32,000 bases of DNA from an uncultured Ketobacter sp. (GTDB taxonomy: Bacteria; Pseudomonadota; Gammaproteobacteria; Pseudomonadales; Ketobacteraceae). The DNA lies in NCBI GenBank assembly GCA_964016105.1, contig CAXHEX010000012.1, positions 57,855 through 89,854 of the forward strand, read 5' to 3'. The position numbers and the translations under genes are program-made. The notes beneath the pieces are model-generated. The model had not been told where the DNA came from and searched no databases. It saw only the letters and a program-made list of their open reading frames with translations. Every line of letters starts with the position of its first letter. Position 1 is the stretch's first letter. Shown piece after piece: positions 1 to 7,980 of the stretch.

Positions 1-2
1 AT

Positions 3-428
3 ACACAACCCATCGCGCCTTTTCTGGAGGTTTTTCAAACTCAAGATGGTTTGCCACAGCAAAGTCAGGTCCCAACAAGCCCCCAGCTCGGCGCTGCTGA
101 ACCCAAAGCCTGGTTGCCGATTCAATCACCCGGCCTGACACCGGGACCGGTGCAGGCCCGTGCGCATGATCGGCCGTTCACGCGGCCATTTTTCTTGATC
201 GGGTCAGACAGCCGTTCTCGGCAGTGGCTACAGACACACCGCGATCGGCTCAAGGAGATCGGTGCGGTCGGAATGCTGGTGCAGGCAGAGACGATGGATG
301 ATTTGCGAACGATTGCCAGATTGGCTGACGGCCTATCGATCCTACCGGCCTCGGGCAACGACATCGCGAAGGCGCTGAGCGTTTCGCATTATCCGGTGCT
401 GATCTCGGCGCACGGCATCGAGCAGTGA
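3..428 (+). CDS. ICE protein, PFL_4695-like, 5'-partial. The reading frame is open to the left window edge.
   Basis: The frame of the 51..428 ORF has no stop back to base 3. The C-terminal sequence FFLIGSDSRSRQWLQTHRDRLKEIGAVGMLVQAE...HYPVLISAHGIEQ resembles the conserved ICE protein that precedes traD in this ICE class. Its TGA stop overlaps the GTG start of the next gene. Confidence 0.6.
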   Translation, partial: TQPIAPFLEVFQTQDGLPQQSQVPTSPQLGAAEPKAWLPIQSPGLTPGPVQARAHDRPFTRPFFLIGSDSRSRQWLQTHRDRLKEIGAVGMLVQAETMDDLRTIARLADGLSILPASGNDIAKALSVSHYPVLISAHGIEQ

Positions 429-2524
429 GCGCGCATCCCATCGAGGCCCTGCTGCGGCCCCCAGTCGAGCTGTGGTCGACATTGGTGGCCTTTGCGACGG
501 CAGGGATAGCCATTCTGGCTCCTTGGGCGCTGATGATGCCGCCGGGTGTCGCCTATGGCGCTGGCGCCGTACTCGGACTGATCGGTCTGATCCGGGGTCG
601 ACAAGCCTTGCGGGTACTGCGCTACCAGGGCAACATGCGCCGACTGCCCATCTATAAGGTACGTTCCCGCAAGATTCCCCTCAGCCGCCGCAAGCTCTTT
701 TTAGGACGGGGCTTTCGCTGGACCCAGAAACACACGCAGCGATTGCGCGATACCATCCGGCCGGAGGTCCAGCGTTACGTCCAGCCGGGTACTCTGTATC
801 AATGGGCGCGCCGCAAGGAGGTCGCCTGGGAATCGGTCCCGATTCTGAGTTTGTTGGCGCAGCTGTTTCGGGTCCGGGCTTGGTGGAATCCGCTTTCGCC
901 GTTGCCAGCCGTCGGTGGCAAACCGGCCCTACACGCTGTCGAGCCGGACGAGCAGGACGTGTGGATGGACATCGGCGAGCGGGTGGGGCATACCCTGGTG
1001 TTGGGGACCACTCGCGTCGGTAAGACCAGGCTGGCCGAGATCCTCATCACCCAGGACATCCGCCGCGGTGACGTGGTGATCGTTTTCGACCCCAAGGGTG
1101 ATGCGGGTTTGTTGCGGCGTGTGTATGCCGAGGCAAAACGAGCCGGACGGACCAAAGACTTCTATATGTTCCATCTGGGATTTCCGCAGGTTTCGGCTCG
1201 CTACAACGCCATCGGTAACTTCTCGCGCATCACCGAGGTTGCCACCCGCATCGCCAACCAGTTACCCAGTGAAGGCAATTCGGCGGCCTTTAAGGAGTTT
1301 GCCTGGCGATTCGTCAACATCATTGCCCGCGCACTGGTGGCGCTAAACCGCCGTCCGGATTATCAGCAGGTCCGACGCTACATCAACGACATTGAACCTC
1401 TGTTCACGGAGTATGCCGAGGCGCATCTGGATACACACGGCTCCGAGGACTGGAAGGAACAGGTCGAGGAACTGTCAAGCAAGATCTCGGAACGTAACCT
1501 GCCGGCAGCCCTGCGGGGTCGCAGTAAAGAAGCTATCGCGCTGATGCGGCACCTGCAGGCACAGGACCTCTATGATCCAGTCCTCGATGGGCTGGTGTCT
1601 GCCTTCAAGTACGACAAGACCTACTTCGACAAGATCGTCAGCTCCGTCGGCCCGCTGATGGAGAAGCTGACCACGGGCAATATCGCCGAACTGATCTCGC
1701 CGGATTATCTGGATCAGAACGATACGCGTCCGATTTTCGAATGGATGGAAGTCATCCGACGCAAGGGGATCGTCTATGTCGGGCTGGACGCCCTGACAGA
1801 TACCACCGTGGCCAGTGCGGTGGGCAATTCCATGTTCGCTGATCTGGTGTCGGTCGCCGGACACATTTACAAGCATGGCGTGGACGGAGAATCCATCGAC
1901 ACCCCGCCCACCATCTCCATGCATGCCGATGAGTTCAACGAACTGATCGGTGACGAGTTCGTTCCCCTACTGAACAAGGCCGGTGGCGCCGGCTTTCAGG
2001 TCACGGCCTATACGCAGACCTGGTCGGATGTCGAAGCGCGCATCGGCAATCGTGCAAAAGCAGGGCAGGTCGCAGGTAACTTCAACACAATGATCATGCT
2101 GAGGGTGAAAGAGCTGGCTACAGCAGAGATGCTCACTGATCAGCTACCCAAGGTTGAGGTGTTCACGTTGATGAGTGTCTCGGGTGTCAATGATTCCTCG
2201 GAGCCGGGTTCCGGGATCGATTTCAGCTCCCGTAACGAGGATCGAATCAGTGTTTCAGAAGTCCCGTTGCTGACACCGGCCGAGCTGATAACCCTACCCA
2301 AGGGACAGGCCTTTGCACTCCTGGAAGGTGGGCAGCTATGGAAGATTCGCATGCCGTTGCCCGCAACGGACTCGGATATGCCTGAGACGCTCACCGAGAT
2401 AACCAATGAGATGGAGCGCACCTACATCACCAACGATCACTGGTACCGCGTGCAGGAACCGTGGTGGGGAGCCGCGCCGGACGTCAGCGAGCCCGAGGTA
2501 GAACCGGAGGCCTCCGATGGCTGA
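425..2524 (+). CDS. traD: Conjugative coupling protein, TraD/VirD4-like (PFGI-1 class)
   Basis: 699 aa. N-terminal TM segments, Walker A LVLGTTRVGKTRL, then VIVFDPKGD. The GTG start overlaps the upstream stop (GTGA). The N-terminus HPIEALLRPPVELW is typical of this TraD class as I remember it. Confidence 0.85.
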   Translation: MSAHPIEALLRPPVELWSTLVAFATAGIAILAPWALMMPPGVAYGAGAVLGLIGLIRGRQALRVLRYQGNMRRLPIYKVRSRKIPLSRRKLFLGRGFRWTQKHTQRLRDTIRPEVQRYVQPGTLYQWARRKEVAWESVPILSLLAQLFRVRAWWNPLSPLPAVGGKPALHAVEPDEQDVWMDIGERVGHTLVLGTTRVGKTRLAEILITQDIRRGDVVIVFDPKGDAGLLRRVYAEAKRAGRTKDFYMFHLGFPQVSARYNAIGNFSRITEVATRIANQLPSEGNSAAFKEFAWRFVNIIARALVALNRRPDYQQVRRYINDIEPLFTEYAEAHLDTHGSEDWKEQVEELSSKISERNLPAALRGRSKEAIALMRHLQAQDLYDPVLDGLVSAFKYDKTYFDKIVSSVGPLMEKLTTGNIAELISPDYLDQNDTRPIFEWMEVIRRKGIVYVGLDALTDTTVASAVGNSMFADLVSVAGHIYKHGVDGESIDTPPTISMHADEFNELIGDEFVPLLNKAGGAGFQVTAYTQTWSDVEARIGNRAKAGQVAGNFNTMIMLRVKELATAEMLTDQLPKVEVFTLMSVSGVNDSSEPGSGIDFSSRNEDRISVSEVPLLTPAELITLPKGQAFALLEGGQLWKIRMPLPATDSDMPETLTEITNEMERTYITNDHWYRVQEPWWGAAPDVSEPEVEPEASDG

Positions 2525-3251
2525 GGCTGTCGCAGATCCTCGTCGCCGGGTAGTTCAGCAAGGACTGTTTTCGAAGACCTTATCGGCTGTCGCGAAGGTC
2601 ATCCTGTGGTTATTGTTTTCGCTGTTGTTCTCTATCATCGTGGAGTGGGCAGGCATGGTGCTTTGGTGGCCGGATGAAGGGGTCGATCACAGCCGTACCA
2701 TGCTGGTCACGGAGATCAGCTACCTCGACAATGATTTCCGTCGCAGTGTTGTGACCTCCGATCCGGCGCGATTCGCCAAACGGTTCGCCGATAATTCCTA
2801 CCACTACCTTTTCGAGGTGACGCGGTTTGCGGATTTCATCCAATGGGTGTCACTGCCTCCGCGGAAGTACGAGCAGGGCGTAAGGGCGACGCTGCATAAG
2901 GCCTATAAACCCATGGCAGAGTACGTACTGGCCATGATGCAGGTGACCCAAGTGTTCTCAGTGCGCCTTGCCATTTTGACCCTGGCGATGCCGATCTTCC
3001 TGCTGTTTAGCCTGGTCGCGCTCGTCGATGGATTGGTGCAGCGAGATCTGCGGAGGTGGGGCGGGGGTAGGGAGAGTTCCTTCGTCTACCACTATGCGAA
3101 GAAGGCGGCATTACCTTTGGTTGTCCTGACCTGGGTGACCTATCTCGCCTTGCCGTTCAGTCTGCATCCGACCTTCGTTATCTTGCCGTTTGCAACGTTG
3201 TTCGCGCTAACGGTGGCGGTCACAGCGAGCACATTCAAGAAGTACCTGTGA
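2517..3251 (+). CDS. ICE inner-membrane protein (PFL_4697-like)
   Basis: 244 aa with several hydrophobic helices. It overlaps the traD stop by 8 nt. Its position directly after traD is conserved in this ICE class. Confidence 0.65.
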   Translation: MAEAVADPRRRVVQQGLFSKTLSAVAKVILWLLFSLLFSIIVEWAGMVLWWPDEGVDHSRTMLVTEISYLDNDFRRSVVTSDPARFAKRFADNSYHYLFEVTRFADFIQWVSLPPRKYEQGVRATLHKAYKPMAEYVLAMMQVTQVFSVRLAILTLAMPIFLLFSLVALVDGLVQRDLRRWGGGRESSFVYHYAKKAALPLVVLTWVTYLALPFSLHPTFVILPFATLFALTVAVTASTFKKYL

Positions 3252-3282
3252 ATAGAATGAAGCGAGAGGTCTTCGCATCGGA

Positions 3283-3329
3283 TCTCTTGTTCAGAAACCC
3301 CGCACTTGTCTGAATTGATTTTCCATATC
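3283..3329 (+). promoter_or_regulatory. Conserved roughly 45-bp intergenic motif, copy A, upstream of the RAQPRD-gene operon
   Basis: TCTCTTGTTCAGAAACCCCGCACTTGTCTGAATTGATTTTCCATATC. It shares the cores AAACCCCGCAC and TGAAT(T/C)GATTTTC with copy B at 10775..10819. It ends 56 nt before the ATG at 3386. Confidence 0.55.
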
Positions 3330-3385
3330 TAGTCCTCCCCGAATCCCCCACCATGCGCGTCATGCGCAACACGGGGAGGACATCC

Positions 3386-3688
3386 ATGCAAATTACCAAA
3401 CTGCTGGTCTCAGGACTGCTGGCGGCTGTATTGCCGGTTCAGTTTGCCATTGCTGACGCAGACGGTGAGCGGGCGGCACTCGCCCGGATTATCCACGAAC
3501 TACAGGCAATCGATCCGCTGATCACGGAAGCGGCTTCGCAAGCCAATCCGGATGCCCGCGTTCGTTTCCAGTATGAGTGGCTGCGCCAGGATCTTGATCG
3601 GATTCGACTCGGGATCCAGGAGCACGTCGATGCACCACGTTCGGAGCCAAGGACTTTCCCGCCGCTGCGCGGCGATTACCGTCGGTGA
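3386..3688 (+). CDS. RAQPRD-family ICE protein (secreted)
   Basis: I prefer the internal ATG at 3386 because GGGAGGA lies 5 nt upstream and it gives the signal peptide MQITKLLVSGLLAAVLPVQFAIA. The APRSEPR segment sits where the family's RAQPRD motif lies. The ORF track extends to 3353. Confidence 0.65.
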   Translation: MQITKLLVSGLLAAVLPVQFAIADADGERAALARIIHELQAIDPLITEAASQANPDARVRFQYEWLRQDLDRIRLGIQEHVDAPRSEPRTFPPLRGDYRR

Positions 3689-3697
3689 TGTCAGGTC

Positions 3698-3928
3698 ATG
3701 ACGGCTGCACAGAATACGGCATTTCAAGCGGGCTCCGGTTTTACACCGGCCACGTTGCTGACCGGCATCGCATCGGTCGTGCTGGTGCTGGCCTTCGTCT
3801 GGGTTATTTGGGTCTCGCTGGGCACCTTCCGTGCCTGGCAGAACGGGCAGGTCGTTTTGTTCGATGTGGTCTGGTCGGCACTGCGCGCCAGCATCGTGCT
3901 CATGGTGTTGGGTTTTTATCTGCGGTAG
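3698..3928 (+). CDS. Small two-TM ICE membrane protein (PFL_4701-like)
   Basis: 76 aa with two hydrophobic helices. It starts 10 nt after the previous stop, in a syntenic position. Confidence 0.6.
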   Translation: MTAAQNTAFQAGSGFTPATLLTGIASVVLVLAFVWVIWVSLGTFRAWQNGQVVLFDVVWSALRASIVLMVLGFYLR

Positions 3929-4013
3929 CGGCCATTGGCCATTGTCGCAGGGGTTCGGGGAGTTCCCCGGTATTCATAACAGGGGGCAACCCCGTTACCT
4001 CGGAGAGAAAGTA

Positions 4014-4364
4014 ATGATGAAAAAAGCAGTAAAAAAGGTGGTAACCGCAGCTGGGTTGCTCGCAGTTACGGCAAGTCAGTCGGTATTCGCGGCGTTGCCG
4101 ACCCCGGTGGCACCCAGTACCGCACCCGCAGCCGGTGACTGGATTGGGCTCATTTCGGGTTACATCAAGGATGGTGGTCTGGTTCTGGGTCTGGCGATTG
4201 CTGTGCTGGGCTTCCTGTGGATTGCCTATCTCGGTTTCGCCAAGTTCAACGAGGCTCGCCAGGGCAAGGCCGAATGGGCCGAAGTGGGCGTGCTCGGCAT
4301 AGTCGGTGCGATCGTACTGATCTTTGCAAGCTACCTGCTCACCGAAGCCGCGGGCGTCATTTAA
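4014..4364 (+). CDS. ICE membrane protein, pilin-like candidate (PFL_4702-like)
   Basis: The start is placed at the ATG at 4014, with GGAGAG 7 nt upstream. Signal peptide MMKKAVKKVVTAAGLLAVTASQSVFA, then two C-terminal TM helices. The 3831 start in the ORF track is an unlikely extension. Confidence 0.65.
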   Translation: MMKKAVKKVVTAAGLLAVTASQSVFAALPTPVAPSTAPAAGDWIGLISGYIKDGGLVLGLAIAVLGFLWIAYLGFAKFNEARQGKAEWAEVGVLGIVGAIVLIFASYLLTEAAGVI

Positions 4365-4367
4365 CCC

Positions 4368-4748
4368 ATGTCGGATCGAGACGACATTCTGGCCGACCGG
4401 CTGAATGTAGAGCCGGCGATCTTCAAGGGCTGCTCGTCGTCCGAACTGGGCATCATCGTGGGTGTGGCCGCGCTCATCTGGTTACCCGTTAGCCTCCTCC
4501 TGGCGGGTTTGTTGGGCGCGGTCACCATGGGGTTCGGCATGGCCGGTGTCGGTGTCGTGGGAACAGTCATCGTTATGGCGGGGCTGTTCCAGCGGCTGAA
4601 ACGTGGCCGACCGGATGGCTATTACCAACAACAGATTGCCATCTGGTTGTCGGATCATGGTCTGCGCAGCTCGCCGTTCATTCGGCGCAGTGGCGCCTGG
4701 GATATCGGGAGAACACGGTATGCGACGTTACCGCACCGAGATCGATAA
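4368..4748 (+). CDS. ICE conjugal transfer membrane protein (PFL_4703-like)
   Basis: 126 aa with two TM helices (LGIIVGVAALIWLPVSLLLAGLLGAV, GVGVVGTVIVMAGLF). It starts 4 nt after the previous stop. Confidence 0.6.
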   Translation: MSDRDDILADRLNVEPAIFKGCSSSELGIIVGVAALIWLPVSLLLAGLLGAVTMGFGMAGVGVVGTVIVMAGLFQRLKRGRPDGYYQQQIAIWLSDHGLRSSPFIRRSGAWDIGRTRYATLPHRDR

Positions 4749-5373
4749 CGTTCGCGCTCACCTGCGCTCACTATGGGTGGTGATCGGCCTTCAGTTCGTC
4801 GTGATCCTGGTTCTCTGGTTTGGCTGGAGCCAGGCGCCGAAGCAGATGACGGTTCATGTCCCTCCCGACCTGCGCTCCGGGGCGACACTCTCGGTCGACG
4901 AAGTGCCGGCGGCAAATGTTTATGCCTTTGCCTTTTACATCTTCCAGCAGCTTAACCGTTGGCCCGACGATGGAGCCAAGGACTATGGCAAGGCTATCTT
5001 CCGCATCTCTCCGTATGTGACGCCGCGATATCGGACGGAACTCATGGCCGATCTGGAACAGAAAGGCCGTAAGGGTGAGCTGGCCTACCGGGTTCGAGGT
5101 GTGCATGAGATTGCCGGACATGGTTACGAGGAACGTCGCGTCGATGTGCTCGCGCCAGGCATTTGGGTGGTCTGGCTGGATCTCGACCTGTTCGAGTCGG
5201 TGAAAGGCATGACGGTGAAGAAAACCGCCATTCGCTATCCCTTGCGGGTGGTCAGTCTCGCAGTCGATCCGGAAGCCAATCCCTGGGGGCTGGCGTTGGA
5301 CGGCTTTGCGAGTGACGGGCCGCGCCGGCTGGAAGAATCGGAACTCGGTGTAGATGCCGGGCAAGAACAATAG
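4720..5373 (+). CDS. ICE protein with N-terminal TM anchor (PFL_4704-like)
   Basis: I prefer the ATG at 4720 (MRRYRTEIDNVRAHLRSLWVVIGLQFVVILVLWF). This overlaps the upstream gene by 29 nt. The longer 4603 start would overlap it by 146 nt. Confidence 0.55.
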   Translation: MRRYRTEIDNVRAHLRSLWVVIGLQFVVILVLWFGWSQAPKQMTVHVPPDLRSGATLSVDEVPAANVYAFAFYIFQQLNRWPDDGAKDYGKAIFRISPYVTPRYRTELMADLEQKGRKGELAYRVRGVHEIAGHGYEERRVDVLAPGIWVVWLDLDLFESVKGMTVKKTAIRYPLRVVSLAVDPEANPWGLALDGFASDGPRRLEESELGVDAGQEQ

Positions 5374-5385
5374 CAGGAGCAACCC

Positions 5386-6183
5386 ATGCGAAAAAAAACA
5401 TCGAACCATTCCGTAATGGCTACCTGGCTGGGCGTGACGCTGCTCTTGATGCAGTCGCTCGTGCAGGCCGAGACGGAAACGCTTGAGCGGATCGAGTGGA
5501 AGAAAGCACCGATCCGGTTGGAACTCGCAGTGGGTCAGGAACAGCGGATTGAATTTCCCGCCGCAGTAAAGGTGGGTGTGCCGGCCTCCGTTCAGGGTGT
5601 GTTGCGCACGCAGAGTGTCAACGGGATGGTCTACCTGTTGGCGCACACGTCCTTCGGATCCAACCGGCTCATGGTGCGTGAACTCGATAGTGGACGACTC
5701 TATCTGCTCGATGTCACGGCCACTGAAGATGGTGGGCCGGGTCATCCGATTCAAATTTATGTGACGGGTGAACAGGGCAGTGAGAAAGATCAGGCGACTG
5801 CCGGACATGAGCCGGAACAGGAGCGGCCTGATTTTATTCAGCTGACCCGCTTCGCCGTCCAACAGCTCTATGCCCCGGCTCGCCTGGTCAAAGATCAGCC
5901 TGGTATTGTTCGGGTGCCGGTCAGCCGTGATCCTGTCGATCTGTACCATGGTGGCGTCGTCGAAGGGGTCCCGCTGGTGGCATGGCGCGCCAATGGTCTC
6001 TATGTCACAGCGGTCAAGCTCACCAACCGTACCGAACAGGCGCTAACACTGGACCCACGCAATATTCGGGGCACCTGGCTGACGGCAACCTTTCAGCACC
6101 ACCGTCTGCTTCCCAAAGGCGATGAAGCTGATACCACGGCTGTGTATCTGATCTCTGCCCGGCCATTCGGCATTTCGCACTAG
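5386..6183 (+). CDS. ICE periplasmic protein (TIGR03749-like)
   Basis: 265 aa with signal peptide MATWLGVTLLLMQSLVQA. AGGAGC lies 7 nt upstream of the ATG. Syntenic position. Confidence 0.55.
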   Translation: MRKKTSNHSVMATWLGVTLLLMQSLVQAETETLERIEWKKAPIRLELAVGQEQRIEFPAAVKVGVPASVQGVLRTQSVNGMVYLLAHTSFGSNRLMVRELDSGRLYLLDVTATEDGGPGHPIQIYVTGEQGSEKDQATAGHEPEQERPDFIQLTRFAVQQLYAPARLVKDQPGIVRVPVSRDPVDLYHGGVVEGVPLVAWRANGLYVTAVKLTNRTEQALTLDPRNIRGTWLTATFQHHRLLPKGDEADTTAVYLISARPFGISH

Positions 6184-6191
6184 GGCTTACC

Positions 6192-7601
6192 ATGGCAATT
6201 GCAACCTCCAACCGACTCTTACCCCTGCTTGCCGGCGCCGTTGTGCTGATGCTGGTATTCGTCACCCTGAAATCCTGTTCGCAGGAACCTGAAGATGCAC
6301 TCGTTCTGGAGAGCGTGCCCCAGGCGCCTGCGCCGGATGCGGACAGTCCTGCCGATACCATCAAGACGCTGACGGCCAATGTCGCGTCCATGACCACGGA
6401 AGTACAGGCTTTACGCAAGGACAATGACCAGCTGCGCAAAGAGAACCGCGATCTGCTGGCCAACCGTCACCAGATCGAGGAGAACGTCACTACCCGGGTC
6501 AAGCGTGAGCTGCTCTCCCATGAAAAAGACCGGGAGTCACGCGACCGGATAGATGCCGGTGTGCTTTCTTCCCTGACGGCACGTGTGGATGCGCTGTCCC
6601 AGTCTCTTTCCCAGCGTTACCCCAACCAAAGTGGCAGTGACATCCCGGTGGGTCTTGGCCTCGATGACGTCGGAGAGGGAGCTGCAACTTCCGACAGCCT
6701 GATCTGGGTCGAACCGCTGGATAGCGTCGACGATGCTGCGTTAGAGGCCAATGGAAACAGTTTGCTGCAGAGGGTAGGTCAGTCGACCGGAAGTGCGTTG
6801 ACATCGGCGACTGAAAAGACTCCAAAAATTAAACAGGCACTGACTCAGGAACTCAGCACCGTCCATCCCGTTTATACGGTTCCCCGTAACGCCACCCTGA
6901 TCGGTTCGACGGCCATGACGGCCCTGGTAGGCCGGGTGCCGGTGCAAGGACAGGTCCGTGATCCGATGCCGTTCAAGGTCATCACCGGCGCAGATAATCT
7001 GGCCGCCAATGGTCTCACGGTGCCGGGCGTTCAAGGCATGGTGTGGAGTGGGACCGCTGTTGGAGACTGGACGCTTTCATGTGTGACCGGTCGCCTCGAT
7101 TCGGTCACCTTCGTTTTCGAGGATGGCACCATCCGAACCATTTCCGGCGATGACCGAGGCAATCAGGGAGGTGGCTCAGAGAAGCCGCTGGGCTGGATCT
7201 CCGACGAACAGGGCATCCCCTGCATCACCGGTGAACGCAAGACCAACGCGCCGGCCTTTCTTAGCCAACGGATCGGTGTGATGGCCATCCAGGCTGCGGC
7301 GGAAGCGGCGGCCAATGCCGAGACAACATCGGTGGTGAGCAATGCGGGCAGTGTCACCAGCAGCGTCAGCGGCGATACCGGCCGCTTCGTGTTGGGCAAG
7401 ACCATTTCCGGCGGTAGTGAGGAAGTGTCGAAGTGGCTGCTGGAGCGCCAGTCCCAGAGCTTCGACGCCGTCTTCGTCCCGGCCGGCATCCGTATTGCCA
7501 TCCATGTAGACCGGGAACTCCCTATTGATTTCGATACCACTGGCAGGAAATTGACCCATGAAACCGTCCTCGACCCCTATCGCCGTACTCGGCTTGATTA
7601 G
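6192..7601 (+). CDS. ICE protein with TM anchor plus coiled coil (TIGR03752-like), probable T4SS channel component
   Basis: 469 aa. N-terminal hydrophobic segment, heptad-like TTEVQALRKDNDQLRKENRDLLANRHQIEE, and a beta-rich C-terminal part. Confidence 0.55.
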   Translation: MAIATSNRLLPLLAGAVVLMLVFVTLKSCSQEPEDALVLESVPQAPAPDADSPADTIKTLTANVASMTTEVQALRKDNDQLRKENRDLLANRHQIEENVTTRVKRELLSHEKDRESRDRIDAGVLSSLTARVDALSQSLSQRYPNQSGSDIPVGLGLDDVGEGAATSDSLIWVEPLDSVDDAALEANGNSLLQRVGQSTGSALTSATEKTPKIKQALTQELSTVHPVYTVPRNATLIGSTAMTALVGRVPVQGQVRDPMPFKVITGADNLAANGLTVPGVQGMVWSGTAVGDWTLSCVTGRLDSVTFVFEDGTIRTISGDDRGNQGGGSEKPLGWISDEQGIPCITGERKTNAPAFLSQRIGVMAIQAAAEAAANAETTSVVSNAGSVTSSVSGDTGRFVLGKTISGGSEEVSKWLLERQSQSFDAVFVPAGIRIAIHVDRELPIDFDTTGRKLTHETVLDPYRRTRLD

Positions 7602-7980
7602 CCTGGTGCTGGCCGGTTGCGCCAGCACCAAGGACACCGTATTACCTCAGGATGGCCCTTCGATGAAGGCGATCTATGAGGGCCACGTGCATGAGATGAA
7701 TGCCGACAATCCCCAGGTCATTCGTGGTGAGCTGGGTGATCGGCCTATCGTCGCGGGTGAAGCGGCGCTGCATGGTTATACACGAGATGCTTTTAACGAG
7801 ATCGATGTGCTGTTTCCTCGCCTGCCTAATCCGACGCTGGTGATGTACATCTTCCCGCACCTGGCCGGTTATGCCGGCGCACCTGTGCCTGGCTATACGA
7901 CCGCCTTCCCGATGTATGAACAGGTGGAATATGCGCTACCCGGTGAAGTCCGTAGCCATCAGGGTGGTATCCGCCGGTGA
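7558..7980 (+). CDS. ICE conjugal transfer lipoprotein
   Basis: Lipobox LVLAGC in MKPSSTPIAVLGLISLVLAGCAST. 140 aa. It overlaps the upstream gene by 44 nt. Confidence 0.7.
   Translation: MKPSSTPIAVLGLISLVLAGCASTKDTVLPQDGPSMKAIYEGHVHEMNADNPQVIRGELGDRPIVAGEAALHGYTRDAFNEIDVLFPRLPNPTLVMYIFPHLAGYAGAPVPGYTTAFPMYEQVEYALPGEVRSHQGGIRR

Noticed and set aside
3252-3282. Possible terminator hairpin GCGAGAGGTCTTCGC just after the stop of the 2517-3251 gene
   Set aside because: The stem is only about 4-5 bp including a G-U pair, and there is no T-tract. That is not enough to annotate it.
3831-4013. N-terminal extension of the pilin-like ORF (ORF-track start 3831). Similar extensions exist at 3353, 4603, 16004, 18234, 20931 and 30808.
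   Set aside because: Each extension overlaps the preceding gene or a regulatory element. Each also lacks a Shine-Dalgarno sequence. Internal ATGs give a signal peptide, a Shine-Dalgarno sequence or a canonical 1-4-nt stop/start overlap.
5391-5398. A8 homopolymer at codons 2-4 (Lys-Lys) of the gene at 5386, considered as a possible slipped-strand phase-variation tract
   Set aside because: Eight bases is at the low end for phase variation, and it simply encodes the basic n-region of a signal peptide. A7/T7 runs at about 18715-18721 and about 30237-30243 likewise encode Lys-Lys. There is no evidence of variability from a single sequence.
4771-5949. 392-aa - strand ORF antisense to the ICE genes at 4720-6183
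   Set aside because: It lies entirely opposite well-supported, coupled + strand genes in GC-rich DNA. The translation is Arg/His/Pro-rich with no motifs, which is typical of a shadow ORF.
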